In this document: positions 1-9,408 of the stretch, piece by piece
How the letters are laid out: each line of letters opens with the position of its first letter
Position numbering within the stretch: position 1 is the first letter of the stretch
Assembly: GCA_963751015.1 (NCBI GenBank)
Contig: CAVVSU010000003.1
Coordinates: forward strand, 13,681-77,680
Origin: an uncultured Actinomycetes bacterium
Lineage (GTDB): Bacteria; Actinomycetota; Thermoleophilia; Solirubrobacterales; 70-9
Direction of reading: 5' to 3'
DNA length: 64,000 nt
Notes under the pieces: model-generated
What the model was told of the DNA's origin: nothing
The model's database searches: none
What the model saw: only the letters and a program-made list of their open reading frames with translations
Translations under genes and position numbers: made by a program

Positions 1-629
1 AGCTCGTAGCGCCGGGTCCGCACCTCCTCGCCGCGCTCTCGCGCCAGCGCGCCGACCACGCAGCGCGCCACGTCCGCCGCCCAGATCGGCTGGAACCGCG
101 CCCGCCCCTCGCCCGAGACCGGCAGCACCGGCAGGAAGGAGAAGCGTTTCAGCAGGGTGATCCAGGGGTCGCTGTGGTCGTAGACGATCGAGGGCGCAAA
201 GACGGTGGTCCGCAGCGAGGAGGAGAGGACCGCCTGCTCGGCCAGCCACTTGGCGCGGAAGAAGCGGGTCCGCTGTGCCGCCTGCGCGTCGAGCGCGCTG
301 AAGAAGTGGAAGCTCTCGACGCCGCTGCGCTCCGCCGCCCGCAGCAGCCGCACCGTCGCCAGCCCGTTCAGCTCCTCGATCCGCTTCGGCGGCTGGTCGC
401 GGATCGAGGCCGCCAGGTGGATCACCCGGTCGACCCCGCGCAGCGCCTGGCGCACCAGATAGGGATCCGACATCTCGCCGAGGTCGCCGAGCGCGATCTG
501 CACGTCGACCCGCCGCGCCCCCAGCCGCCGGGGCTCGCGCACCAGGCAGCGCACCTCCTCGCCCTGCTCGAGCAGCAGCGGCAGAAGGCGCGACCCGATG
601 CTTCCCGTTGCCCCCGTCAGCAGCAGCAT
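1..629 (-). CDS. NAD(P)-binding Rossmann-fold protein (NmrA / atypical SDR family); the 3' end runs off the window
   Basis: Hand translation of the minus strand from the ATG at 629 gives MLLLTGATGSIGSRLLPLLLEQGEEVRCLVREPRRL...RVIHLAASIRD..., with a GxxGxxG dinucleotide-binding motif. The frame is open to position 1. It is absent from the ORF track because it has no stop inside the window. Confidence 0.7.
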   Translation of the reverse strand, partial: MLLLTGATGSIGSRLLPLLLEQGEEVRCLVREPRRLGARRVDVQIALGDLGEMSDPYLVRQALRGVDRVIHLAASIRDQPPKRIEELNGLATVRLLRAAERSGVESFHFFSALDAQAAQRTRFFRAKWLAEQAVLSSSLRTTVFAPSIVYDHSDPWITLLKRFSFLPVLPVSGEGRARFQPIWAADVARCVVGALARERGEEVRTRRYE

Positions 630-715
630 GTCCGCATCATCCCTAAAATGTGCGCTCGCGCTTGGCCGGGGCCCCCGGCGGGCACCCGGAAATACGAGCT
701 AGGAGAACTTCTCGA

Positions 716-985
716 ATGACCTACGTCATCGCCGAGCCGTGCATAGGACAGAAGGACAACTCGTGCGTCGAGGTTTGTCCCGTCGACTGCATCCACCCGA
801 CGCCTGACGAGGCCGATTACGACAACGTCGAGCAGCTCTACATCGACCCGGACGAGTGCATCGACTGCGACGCCTGCGTCGAGGCCTGCCCGGTGGATGC
901 TTGCTTCGCCGAGGATCAGCTGCCGGCCGAGTGGGCGAAATACGCTGAGATCAACGCGAACTACTTCAAAAACCAAGCTGCGTAA
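716..985 (+). CDS. fdxA: 7Fe-type ferredoxin (3Fe-4S / 4Fe-4S)
   Basis: MTYVIAEPCIGQKDNSCVEVCPVDCIHP...CIDCDACVEACPVDA shows two Cys clusters typical of FdxA. An AGGAGA Shine-Dalgarno lies 9 nt upstream of the ATG at 716. The track ORF 650..985 is an upstream extension. Confidence 0.9.
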   Translation: MTYVIAEPCIGQKDNSCVEVCPVDCIHPTPDEADYDNVEQLYIDPDECIDCDACVEACPVDACFAEDQLPAEWAKYAEINANYFKNQAA

Positions 986-1093
986 GTAGGGAGGGGCGGG
1001 ACCCCCTCTGCCAAAGACCGTCGCGCAGCTGGTCGGACTTCCTGTGCCAGCGTGACTTCTTGAGCCTTTGTCAGAGGGGGTACCCGCCCCTAC
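986..1093. repeat. G-rich inverted-repeat element (arms about 986-1016 and 1066-1093), a likely bidirectional terminator between convergent genes
   Basis: GTAGGGAGGGGCGGGACCCCCTCTGCCAAAG ... CTTTGTCAGAGGGGGTACCCGCCCCTAC. Each arm can also fold on itself (GAGGGG/CCCCTC). It shares the head sequence AGGGAGGGG(G)CGGG with the element at 45009-45091. Confidence 0.6.
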
Positions 1094-1111
1094 TGCTAGC
1101 CGCTTAGTTGC

Positions 1112-1693
1112 TCAGTAGCCGTCGGGGTGTCTTGCGGTGAATGGACCGCTCGCGGCTGCTCTTAGGGATTTGTGCCACCTGGGGCCGGTGCCGCTGGTGT
1201 TGCCTGCGGTGTCCCAGCGGAGGCCGGCTATTACCGCGTAGGCGTGGCCGCCGTTGGCGTAGACCGTGATCCAGCGGCCTCTGCCGGCGGTGCCCCAGCC
1301 GGCGAGGGAGCCGGAGGGCATCGGGGTGGTGATCAGGCTGCCGCCGTGGAGGGCGAAGCTGACCGCTCCCGAGCAGTCGTAGCCCGCGTCCCACCAGCGG
1401 GCGTGGCCGCCGCCGTAGACGTAGGGCTTGCTGCGGATCTTGTTTGCCGCCGCGATCACCTTTTTCACGGCCGGCGGTGCGTCGGCGGGCGGGATCGCCC
1501 GGCCGCCGACGAGGATCGCCTTGCCGGGAGGGGCGGTCGGTTCGGAGACTTCCGGGGTGGTCGAGGAGACCCCACCCGGGGTTTCCGCCTTGGCCGGAGC
1601 CGCGAGGACCGTTGCGATCGCAACCGCGGCCAGAACAGCTATGGAGATGCAAAGGGCGGGCGCTTTCCTGGCCACCCCAAGGGCGTTCGTCAT
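1112..1693 (-). CDS. Secreted NlpC/P60-family (C40) cell-wall hydrolase
   Basis: N-terminal signal peptide (ALCISIAVLAAVAIATVLAAPAKA). YVYGGGH...GYDCSGAVSFAL has the catalytic Cys context of NlpC/P60. Confidence 0.7.
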   Translation of the reverse strand: MTNALGVARKAPALCISIAVLAAVAIATVLAAPAKAETPGGVSSTTPEVSEPTAPPGKAILVGGRAIPPADAPPAVKKVIAAANKIRSKPYVYGGGHARWWDAGYDCSGAVSFALHGGSLITTPMPSGSLAGWGTAGRGRWITVYANGGHAYAVIAGLRWDTAGNTSGTGPRWHKSLRAAASGPFTARHPDGY

Positions 1694-1699
1694 TCACTC

Positions 1700-1835
1700 C
1701 TCCTTCGTCGGCCGGCGGGGTTAGCTGTCGGGCTGGCGCTGAAGGAGCCTGCGCCCCCACTCGAAGGTGGGTTAGCCCCAGAAACCTGGGTCCCCCGCTC
1801 CTCGGCGTGAGCCGAGGATTAGGCGTTTGTGTGCA
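1700..1835 (-). promoter_or_regulatory. ydaO-yuaA type (c-di-AMP) riboswitch-like leader of the NlpC/P60 gene
   Basis: The minus-strand leader reads ...CCUCGGCUCACGCCGAGGAGCGGGGGACCCAGG...GGGGCUAACCCACC...CCAGCCCGACAGCUAACCCCGCCGGCCGACGAAGGAGG-AUG. The cores GAGCGGGGGACCCA (plus 1787-1800) and CAGCUAACC (plus 1716-1730) match the conserved ydaO cores as I recall them from the B. subtilis ydaO leader. The 3' strand abuts the Shine-Dalgarno. Confidence 0.65.
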
Positions 1836-1919
1836 AATCCTAACGCTGAAGGATGGCGGAAGTTTCGGTTCCGAGTGTGCGCTTCGTCACTCTCGGAGCC
1901 TCGCCCGCCCGCGACGCGA

Positions 1920-3068
1920 CTACTGGACGACCGGCAGCGGCGTGCCGCTGACCGGTGGCGCTTCCGCCGCGCTCGGCGTCGCCTGCAGCACCGGCAGCTC
2001 CTGCGGCGTCGCGGCGACGATGCCCCGCGCGGCCTGGCGGATCGCCTGCGAGGCGGGGGCGTCGGGATCGTCGATCACCAGCGGCGAGCCGTTGTCGGCG
2101 TGCTCGCGCAGCGGCTCGGAGAGCGGCACCTTGCCGAGCAGCGGCACGTCGAGCTCGTCGGAGAGCAGCTGCCCGCCGCCCTCGCCGAAGATCGTGAAGC
2201 GCTCGCCGTCGGGGGTGGTGAAGCCGGACATGTTCTCGATCACGCCGAGGATCTCGAGGTCGAACTTCTTCGCCATCTCGGCCCCGCGCTGGGCGACCGA
2301 CTGCGCCGCCGGCTGCGGCGTCGTGACGACGAGGAATTTGGCCTGCGGCAGCAGCTGGGCGAGCGTCATCGAGACGTCGCCGGTCCCCGGCGGCAGGTCG
2401 AGCAGCAGGTACTCGAGCTCGTCCCAGGCGACGTCCTCGAGAAACTGCTGGATCGCCTTGTGGAGCATCGGCCCGCGCCAGACGACGGCCGAGTTGTCCT
2501 CGACGAAGAAGCCGATCGACATCACCTTCACCCCGCTCGGCGAGTCCAGCGGCAGGATCTTGCGCTCGGCGTTCACCTCGGGTTTGTGGTTGACGCCGAG
2601 CATGCGCGGGATCGAGTAGCCGTAGACGTCGCAGTCGAGCGCCCCGGACGGGTGCCCTTCGGCGGTCAGCGCCGCGGCCAGGTTGGCGGTCATCGTCGAC
2701 TTGCCGACGCCGCCCTTGCCGGAGGAGACGCAGATCACGTTCTTCACCTTCGCCAGCGCGCCCTGCGGCAGCTTGTTGCGGCCGAGCGTCTGCTGGAGGG
2801 TGCCTTTCTCCTCGTCGGAGAGGACGTCGAAGCCGACCGCGACCGCGGTCACGCCTTCCAGCTGGGAGACGTTCTGGGCGACGGCCTGTTCGAAGTGGGA
2901 GCGGATCGGGCAGCCGGCGGTGGTCAGCGAGACGACGACCTCGACGCGGCCGTCCTCCTTGACCTCGATCGAGCGGACCATGCCCAGCTCGACGATCGAG
3001 CGCCGCAGCTCGGGGTCGATGACGGCACGCAGCTTCTCGGTGATCTGATCTTTGGTGGGAAGTGGCAT
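1920..3068 (-). CDS. apbC: Mrp/ApbC/NBP35-family Fe-S cluster carrier ATPase
   Basis: MPLPTKDQITEKLRAVIDPEL... (DUF59-like N-terminus), deviant Walker A SSGKGGVGKST, and the ...CDVYGYSIP... region. The track ORF 1920..5411 is a spurious N-terminal extension across the opposite-strand gene. Confidence 0.9.
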   Translation of the reverse strand: MPLPTKDQITEKLRAVIDPELRRSIVELGMVRSIEVKEDGRVEVVVSLTTAGCPIRSHFEQAVAQNVSQLEGVTAVAVGFDVLSDEEKGTLQQTLGRNKLPQGALAKVKNVICVSSGKGGVGKSTMTANLAAALTAEGHPSGALDCDVYGYSIPRMLGVNHKPEVNAERKILPLDSPSGVKVMSIGFFVEDNSAVVWRGPMLHKAIQQFLEDVAWDELEYLLLDLPPGTGDVSMTLAQLLPQAKFLVVTTPQPAAQSVAQRGAEMAKKFDLEILGVIENMSGFTTPDGERFTIFGEGGGQLLSDELDVPLLGKVPLSEPLREHADNGSPLVIDDPDAPASQAIRQAARGIVAATPQELPVLQATPSAAEAPPVSGTPLPVVQ

Positions 3069-3173
3069 TAGCTCGATTCTCGCAAAGGCGGTAGCTCGGA
3101 AGCCCCGCGGGGGGGAGAGTTTGACCCCGCCCGTCCCTTGGCCCTCGGTACGCACCCGAGTGGAGGAGGAACG

Positions 3174-5399
3174 ATGTCTGGGACGAGGCTTGCCGTGGGA
3201 CGAGGTGTCGCGCTGGGGCTGTTGCTGGCGCTGAGCATGCTGCTGCTGATGGCCGCGAAGGCGGAGGCGGGCAGGTACGCCGTCGCCCAGTGCGGCTGGT
3301 ACGCCGGTGCGGACGCGAGCTGGGCCGACACCACCGGCGGGTCCAAGTTCCGCTCCGACGCCTACTGCGTCCCGCCCGGCGGCGACCCCTTCGACGGGGT
3401 CCACGTCAAGAGCCTCACCCGCGACGGCCAGGGGACGGTCTCCGGGACCCGGTTCGCCCGCTGGCGCTGGACCGCGCCGGGCGGCACCGGGATCACCGCC
3501 GTGCGCGGGACCTGGTGGCACGCCCTCCACGACGGGATCGAGCAGCGCCTCGGCAGCGTCGACGCCGCCGGCGGCTTCATCCCCTTTCTCACCGCCGCCA
3601 CCACCGACACGGCGCTGCGCGAATTCAGCAAGGGGTTCCCGTCCCCGGTCAGCGGCTTCGAAGACCGCCTGCTCTGCGCCCGCGCCGAAAGCAAGTGGTG
3701 CTCGCTGGAACAGGGCTCGTGGTCCTCGCTGCGGGGGCTGACGATCACCCTCGAGGACAACAACCCGCCAAATGTCGGGATCGGCGGCGACCTGCTCGGC
3801 GGCGGCTGGCGCAGGGGTAACCAGGACGTCGCGATCTGGTCCGCCGACCTGGGCGGCGGTCTGCGCTTCGCCGAGAGCTTTCTCGACGGCACCCGGATCG
3901 GCTCCACCGAGCACAGCTGCGCCAAGGCGCTGATCGGCGGCGAATGGAAGGCGACGACGATGCAGCCCTGCCCGGGCGACGCCTGGGCCCACCAGGGCGT
4001 CAACACCTGGGTCTTCGGCGACGGGTCGCACCAGGCGCTCGCCTGCGCGACCGACTTCGCGGGCAACCAGCGCTGCACCTCCTCCTACACGGTGCGGATC
4101 GACAACAACCCGCCGCCGCACCCCAAGGCGGTCGCGCTCGCCGGCGGGGAGGGGTGGCACCGGGCAAACGACTTCGACCTCAGTTGGGAGAACCCCGACC
4201 AGGGCGCGGCCAGCCCGATCGGCGGTGCCTCCTGGCGGCTCGTCGGCGCGAACGGCTTCGACAGCGGCGCCCGCTTCGCCGGCGGGCACGACCGCCGCAG
4301 CCTCGCCGACCTCAGCGTCCCGGCGGCCGGCTCCTACTCCCTGCAGTTGTGGCTGCGCGACGAGGCGGGAAACGAGGCGCCGAGCACGGCGGTGACGGTG
4401 CCGCTGCGCCTCGACGACGTCAAACCGAAGGTCGCCTTCGCCGACGGGGAGCCCGGCGACCGGGTCGAGGCTGAGGTCGCAGACGAATTCTCCGGGCCGG
4501 GATCGGGCCAGATCCTCTTCCGCCGCGTCGACGCGGCGAGCTGGACGGAGCTGCCGACCAAGCTGGTCCCCGCCGGCGCCCCCGGTGCCGCCAGGCTCTT
4601 TGCGCCGATGCCCGAGATCGGCGTCGGCACCTTCGTCTTCCGCGCCGACGCGACCGACGCCGCCGGCAACGCCGCCTCCACCAGCCTGCGCGCCGACGGC
4701 ACCCAGATGGCGATCCGCCGGGTGCCGCCGCCGCACGTGCCGCGAGCCAAGTCGCGGCTCTTCGCCCGGCTCCGCGGCGGCCACGGCCGGGGCGATTCGC
4801 TGACCGTCCCCTTCGGCGCGCCGGCGCTCCTCAGCGGCCGGCTCACCCGCGCCGCCGACGGCGCCGGGCTCGGCGACCGCGACGTCCGCGTCGTCTCGCG
4901 ACCCTCGCGCGGGGCGCTTGTCCCGCTCGACGCCGCCACGGTCAGGACCGGTGAGGAGGGGGGCTTCGAGCTGCGCCTGCCGCCCGGGCCCTCGCGCCGG
5001 GTCACGGTCGTCTTTGCCGGCGACGGGGCGCTGGAGCCGTCGATCCGTGAGGCCCTGGAGCTGCGGGTGCGGAGCGGCGTCTCGCTGCGGGCCGCCCCGC
5101 GGGCCCTGCGCACCGGCGAGGTCGTCCGCCTCAGAGGCAAGGTCAAGAGCAGCGCCGCGCCGATCCCCCGCCGCGGCAAGCTGGTCGCGATTCAGTACCT
5201 GGAGGAGGCGACGCACCGCTGGCGGCCGGTCCTGGTCACCCGGACCGACCACCACGGCCGTTTTCGCGCCCGCTACCGCTTCCGCTACGTGACCGGGCGG
5301 GCGGCGATCCGCATCCGCGCCACCGCCCTGGCCGAGGAGCGCTGGCCCTATGCACCGGGATCCTCGCCGCCGGTGACGATCCGTGTGAAGGGGAGCTAG
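3174..5399 (+). CDS. Large secreted hypothetical protein (Ig-like / carboxypeptidase-regulatory-like repeats likely)
   Basis: A GGAGGAGGA Shine-Dalgarno lies 3 nt before the ATG at 3174. Signal peptide [32 protein letters not shown]. It is a long coherent ORF of 741 aa with no catalytic motif that I recognise. Confidence 0.7.
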   Translation: MSGTRLAVGRGVALGLLLALSMLLLMAAKAEAGRYAVAQCGWYAGADASWADTTGGSKFRSDAYCVPPGGDPFDGVHVKSLTRDGQGTVSGTRFARWRWTAPGGTGITAVRGTWWHALHDGIEQRLGSVDAAGGFIPFLTAATTDTALREFSKGFPSPVSGFEDRLLCARAESKWCSLEQGSWSSLRGLTITLEDNNPPNVGIGGDLLGGGWRRGNQDVAIWSADLGGGLRFAESFLDGTRIGSTEHSCAKALIGGEWKATTMQPCPGDAWAHQGVNTWVFGDGSHQALACATDFAGNQRCTSSYTVRIDNNPPPHPKAVALAGGEGWHRANDFDLSWENPDQGAASPIGGASWRLVGANGFDSGARFAGGHDRRSLADLSVPAAGSYSLQLWLRDEAGNEAPSTAVTVPLRLDDVKPKVAFADGEPGDRVEAEVADEFSGPGSGQILFRRVDAASWTELPTKLVPAGAPGAARLFAPMPEIGVGTFVFRADATDAAGNAASTSLRADGTQMAIRRVPPPHVPRAKSRLFARLRGGHGRGDSLTVPFGAPALLSGRLTRAADGAGLGDRDVRVVSRPSRGALVPLDAATVRTGEEGGFELRLPPGPSRRVTVVFAGDGALEPSIREALELRVRSGVSLRAAPRALRTGEVVRLRGKVKSSAAPIPRRGKLVAIQYLEEATHRWRPVLVTRTDHHGRFRARYRFRYVTGRAAIRIRATALAEERWPYAPGSSPPVTIRVKGS

Positions 5400-5409
5400 G
5401 GTTCGGGCC

Positions 5410-5871
5410 ATGTCGCAAGCGACCCTTCACACCAGCGCCGGGGCGATCGTGCTCGAGCTTCACGACGAGGACGCGCCGAAAACCGTCGAGAACTTCCGCA
5501 AGCTCTCCGCGGACGGGTTCTACGACCAGCTCGTCTTCCACCGGGTGATCCCGGACTTCATGATCCAGGGCGGCTGCCCCGAAGGCAGCGGCCGCGGCGG
5601 GCCGGGCTACACCTTCGAGGACGAGTTCAACGACCACAAGGTCGTGCGCGGAGCGCTGGCGATGGCCAACGCGGGCCCCAACACCAACGGGTCCCAGTTC
5701 TTCATCGTCACCACCGGCGCCGCGCCCTGGCTGGACGGCAAGCACACCGTCTTCGGCGAGGTGATCGACGGCATGGACGTGGTCGACGCGATCGAGTCGG
5801 TGCCGACCGACGGCGGCGACAAGCCGCTCGAGGCGCAGACGATCGAACGGGTCGAGCTCGACGAGGGGTAG
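5410..5871 (+). CDS. Cyclophilin-type peptidyl-prolyl cis-trans isomerase
   Basis: [15 protein letters not shown]...[13 protein letters not shown]...[11 protein letters not shown] is a canonical cyclophilin signature. Confidence 0.95.
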   Translation: MSQATLHTSAGAIVLELHDEDAPKTVENFRKLSADGFYDQLVFHRVIPDFMIQGGCPEGSGRGGPGYTFEDEFNDHKVVRGALAMANAGPNTNGSQFFIVTTGAAPWLDGKHTVFGEVIDGMDVVDAIESVPTDGGDKPLEAQTIERVELDEG

Positions 5872-5884
5872 TGGCGCCGGCGCT

Positions 5885-6616
5885 TTAGGTGGTCTCGCCC
5901 GGCGCCTCGCGCCGTTCGCGGCGGCGGCGCAGCGCCTCGCCAGGGCGCCAGAGGCTGACCAGCCCGGCGACCAGGGTGACGAGGAAGATCTGGCCGAGCA
6001 TCATCTCGATGCCGGCGATCATCCGTCCCGGCTGCCCGCCAGGGACGAGGTTGCCGTACCCGGTCGTGGTCAGCGTGGTGTAGCTGAAGAAGAGGAAGTC
6101 GTTCCCCTCCGGCCGGGCGACCTCTTCGAAGAACGGCCCGCCCTGGATCCGGTCGATCGTCCCGTAGGCGAAGGTGAAGAGGATGCCGAGCACGGTGTAG
6201 ACGCTGATCGCGCCGAGGATCGTGCGCGAGCCGACTTCGGCGCTCGTCACCACCCGCCACAGCACCGCCGCCATCGCGAACGCCAGCAGGCAGATCTCGA
6301 TCAGCGAGGCGATATTGAGCAGGGTCTGACTGTCGGCCGCCGCCGCGATGACAGCCAGAAGGACCGCCAGACCCGAGAGCCAGAGCGAGGAGCGGACGAA
6401 CCCGTCCCTGACGTGGGAGCTGACCAGGGCGACGACCGAGGTGGTGCTGGCCGCCAAGGTGAGGACGACGGCCGACCAGCCGCGATTGTCCAGCAGCGAG
6501 GCGAGCACGTAGGTGAGGAGGACGAGGAACAGGACCAGGCCGAACGCGTCCCTGACCCTCTCTGCGCGCTCCAGCCAGACGTCGCGGCGGTCGGCGCGCC
6601 TGCCGGCGTTCTCCAT
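5885..6616 (-). CDS. Potassium channel family protein (multi-TM N-terminus, then outer helix, P-loop and inner helix)
   Basis: FFSYTTLTTTGYGNLVP has the selectivity filter TxGYG. Start taken at MENAGRR (ATG at 6616). The longer track ORF 5885..7183 runs across the tRNA and is rejected. Confidence 0.8.
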   Translation of the reverse strand: MENAGRRADRRDVWLERAERVRDAFGLVLFLVLLTYVLASLLDNRGWSAVVLTLAASTTSVVALVSSHVRDGFVRSSLWLSGLAVLLAVIAAAADSQTLLNIASLIEICLLAFAMAAVLWRVVTSAEVGSRTILGAISVYTVLGILFTFAYGTIDRIQGGPFFEEVARPEGNDFLFFSYTTLTTTGYGNLVPGGQPGRMIAGIEMMLGQIFLVTLVAGLVSLWRPGEALRRRRERREAPGETT

Positions 6617-6669
6617 GGCTTGCTCGTTCGTCCGCCGCGGCCGCTTTCCTGCCGCGACACGGCTGGGAG

Positions 6670-6757
6670 CGGAGGGGGTGGGATTCGAACCCACGAGACC
6701 GCTTACGCGGCCAACGGCTTTCAAGGCCGCCGCATTCAACCGCTCTGCCACCCCTCC
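6670..6757 (-). tRNA. tRNA-Ser (anticodon TGA)
   Basis: The reverse complement GGAGGGGTGGCAGAGCGGTTGAATGCGGCGGCCTTGAAAGCCGTTGGCCGCGTAAGCGGTCTCGTGGGTTCGAATCCCACCCCCTCCG folds as a cloverleaf with a long variable arm, anticodon loop CTTGAAA and T-loop GGTTCGAATCC. CCA is not encoded. Confidence 0.9.
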
Positions 6758-6787
6758 AGAGCGCGTCAGGCGGCTCCCACTGATTGG

Positions 6788-7957
6788 ATGCAGGGGGTGC
6801 GCAGGTTGCTCATCCTGGCTTCGGCGATGATCTTCTTCGACGTCGCCTTCTTCGCGGCGATCGCACCCCTGCTTCCGGAGTACGTCGACGAGCTCGGCCT
6901 GACCAAGGCCGAAGCCGGGATCCTCTCCGCCGCCTACGCCGCCGGCACGCTGCTCGGCTCGCTGCCGGCGGGTTTCGTCGCCAGCCGCGTGGGGCCGAAG
7001 AGGACGGTCATCGCCGGGCTGCTCCTGCTTGGCTGTGCCAGCTTCGTCTTCGGCTTCGCCAAGGACATCTCGCTGCTCGACGCGCGCCCGGTTCGTGCAG
7101 GGGATCGCGGGCGCTCTGATCTGGTCGGGCGCCCTCACCTGGCTGATCACGGCCGCGCCCGAGGAGAAGCGGGGCTCGGTCATCGGCGCCGCCCTGGGGA
7201 CCGCGATCGCCGGGGCGCTGCTCGGCCCGGCCTTGGGCGCGATCGCCGGCGCAATCGGGACCGAGCCGGTCTTCAGCTCCGTCCTGGTGATAACGATCCT
7301 CCTCTCGCTCGCCGCCTCGCGGCTGCCGGAGTCGCGGGCCCCAGAGCGCCAGAGCCTGCGCGAAGTGATGCGCGACCCTGGTCAGCCCCCCGATCCTTCG
7401 GGCGGCCGCCTTCGTCGCCGTCCCTTCGGTGATGTTCGGGGCGATCGAGGTGCTGGTGCCGCTGCGGATCGACGAGCTCGGTGGCAGTCACGGGCTGATC
7501 GCCGGCGGGTTCATCGCGGGCGCCGCGCTGGAGGCGACCCTGGCGCCGCTGGCCGGGCGTATCTCCGATCGGGTCGGACGGCGCCTGCCGTACGTGGTCG
7601 GGCTCTCGATCTGCGCGGTGGCGATGGTCGCGATCGCGCTGGCGGCAACCCTGGGCGCCGTTCTCGCAGGCCTGATCATCACCTCGCTCGGCGCCGGGCT
7701 CTGCTTCGCCCCGGCGCTGACCCTGATCTCCGACGTCGCCGAGGCGAGCACCCTGCACCAGGGCTTCGCGGCCGGGGTCTCCAACATGGCCTGGGCCTCG
7801 GGGCAGGTGATCGGCGGCGTCGGCGGAGGCGTGCGTCGCCAGCCTTACCGGCAATGCGGTGCCGAGCATCGCCATCGCGCTCCTGCTGTCCCTCACCGTC
7901 GTCTACGCCTTCCGGGCGATGCCCGCCGAGGCCGAGCCGCATCCCGCGGCGGGCTAG
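6788..7957 (+). pseudogene. MFS transporter disrupted by three frameshifts
   Basis: The MFS sequence continues across three reading frames: MQGVRRLLILASAMIFFDVAFFAAIAPLLPEY...FAKDISLL (frame A) / ARFVQGIAGALIWSGALTWLITAAPEEKRGS...REVMRDP (frame B, junction about 7088) / VSPPILRAAAFVAVPSVMFGAIEVLVPLRIDELGG...GQVIGGVGGG (frame C, junction about 7380) / ASLTGNAVPSIAIALLLSLTVVYAFRAM...* (back to frame A, junction about 7830, stop 7955-7957). Confidence 0.6.
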
Positions 7958-7966
7958 CCTCGAGCG

Positions 7967-9283
7967 ATGGCAGGGCGGCGCCGGAGGGCGAGCGGCGAAT
8001 GGGTCAACTGGGCGGGCGACCAGCGCTGCCGGCCCGCGAAGCTGATCCGTCCCGGCAGCCGGGACGAGCTGGCGGAGGCGATCGCCGCCGCCGCGGCGGC
8101 GGGGCAGAGGGTCAAGGTCGCCGGATCCGGGCACTCCTTCACCGAGGCGGCGATGACCGACGGGCTGATGATCGACCTCGCGGGCTCGGCGGGGTGCTCG
8201 ACGCCGACCCCGGCTCGGGGCTGGTCAAGGTCGCCGGCGGCACCGTGCTCGCCGACCTCAACGAGGAGCTGGCCGGGCTCGGGCTGGCGATGGAGAACCT
8301 CGGCGACATCGACCGCCAGACGATCTCCGGCGCGATCTCGACCGGCACCCACGGCACCGGCGCCCGGCTGCGCAACATCTCGGCCCAGGTCGAGGGGCTG
8401 GAGCTGGTCCTCGCCGACGGCAGCGTCCGCCACCTCAGCGCCCAGACCCACCCGGAGCTGCTGCGGGCGGCGCGGGTCGGGGTCGGTGCGCTGGGCGCGA
8501 TCTCCGCCGTCACGCTGCGCTGCGTCCCGGCCTTCGACCTGCTGCGGGTCGACTCGCCGTACCCGCGCGAGGAGGTCCTCGACACCTTCGCCGAGCGCGC
8601 CGACGCGCACGAGCACTTCGAGCTCTTCACCTTCCCCTACGACGACTCGGCCCTGGTGCTCGAGCGCAACCGCGTCGACGGCCCGGCGCAGCCGCGCGGC
8701 CGCGCCGCCGCCTACCTCAACGACGTCGTCTTCGAGAACTGGGCGCTCGGCGTTCTGGCGCGGACCGGGAAGGCGCTGCCGCGGCCTCGATCCCCTCGCT
8801 CTCCCGGCTGGCGGGCCGCCTCGCCACCGGCGGCCGCACCAGCGACCGCAGCGACCGCGTCTTCGCCAACGAGCGGCGGGTGCGCTTCACGGAGATGGAG
8901 TACGGGGTGCCGCGCGAGGCCGGGCCGGAGGCGGCGCGGCGGGTGATCGAGTGGGTGCGCGCGAACGAATATCCGGTCTTCTTCCCGATCGAGATGCGCG
9001 TCGCCGCCGGCGACGACGCCCGCCTCAGCCCCTCCTACGAACGCGATACCGCCTACATCGCCGTCCACCAGTACCGGGGCATGGAGTGGCGGCCCTACTT
9101 CGAGGCGGTCGAGGAGATCATGGACGACTACGACGGCCGTCCCCACTGGGGCAAGCGCCACTTCCAGACCGCCGCGACCCTGGCCCCGCGCTACCCGGCC
9201 TGGGACGAGTTCCAGCGCGCCCGCGACACCCTCGACCCTCAGCGCGTGTCGCCAACGAGACCGGAACGCGTTCAGGGCCTTAA
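7967..9283 (+). pseudogene. FAD-linked D-arabinono-1,4-lactone / L-gulonolactone oxidase-like oxidoreductase disrupted by at least four frameshifts
   Basis: EWVNWAGDQRCRPAKLIRPGSRDELAEAI...VKVAGSGHSFT...MIDLAGSAG / VLDADPGSGLVKVAGGTVLADLNEEL...GTHGTG... (junction about 8192 in a GGGG run) / ASIPSLSRLAGRL...VFANERRVRFTEMEYGVP...HWGKRHF (junction about 8780), plus two more shifts near 9255-9275. Confidence 0.6.
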
Positions 9284-9408
9284 GCGCGGCTCCCCGCCAC
9301 CGAAGACGATGGGCGACGCCAGCGGGCCGCCGGTTCGAGTGCGATTGGAGAGTTGACATCGCTATAGCGATGTCACTTCAATCGTGAAGCCGACGCGTCT
9401 GGCGACCC

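Noticed and set aside
1920-5411. A 1163-aa minus-strand ORF spanning the Mrp gene and the whole opposite-strand secreted-protein gene
   Set aside because: Only the C-terminal 382 aa (from MPLPTK...) look like a real protein (Mrp/ApbC). The upstream 780 aa are Arg/Gly/Pro-rich shadow translation of the plus-strand gene, as is typical of high-GC DNA.
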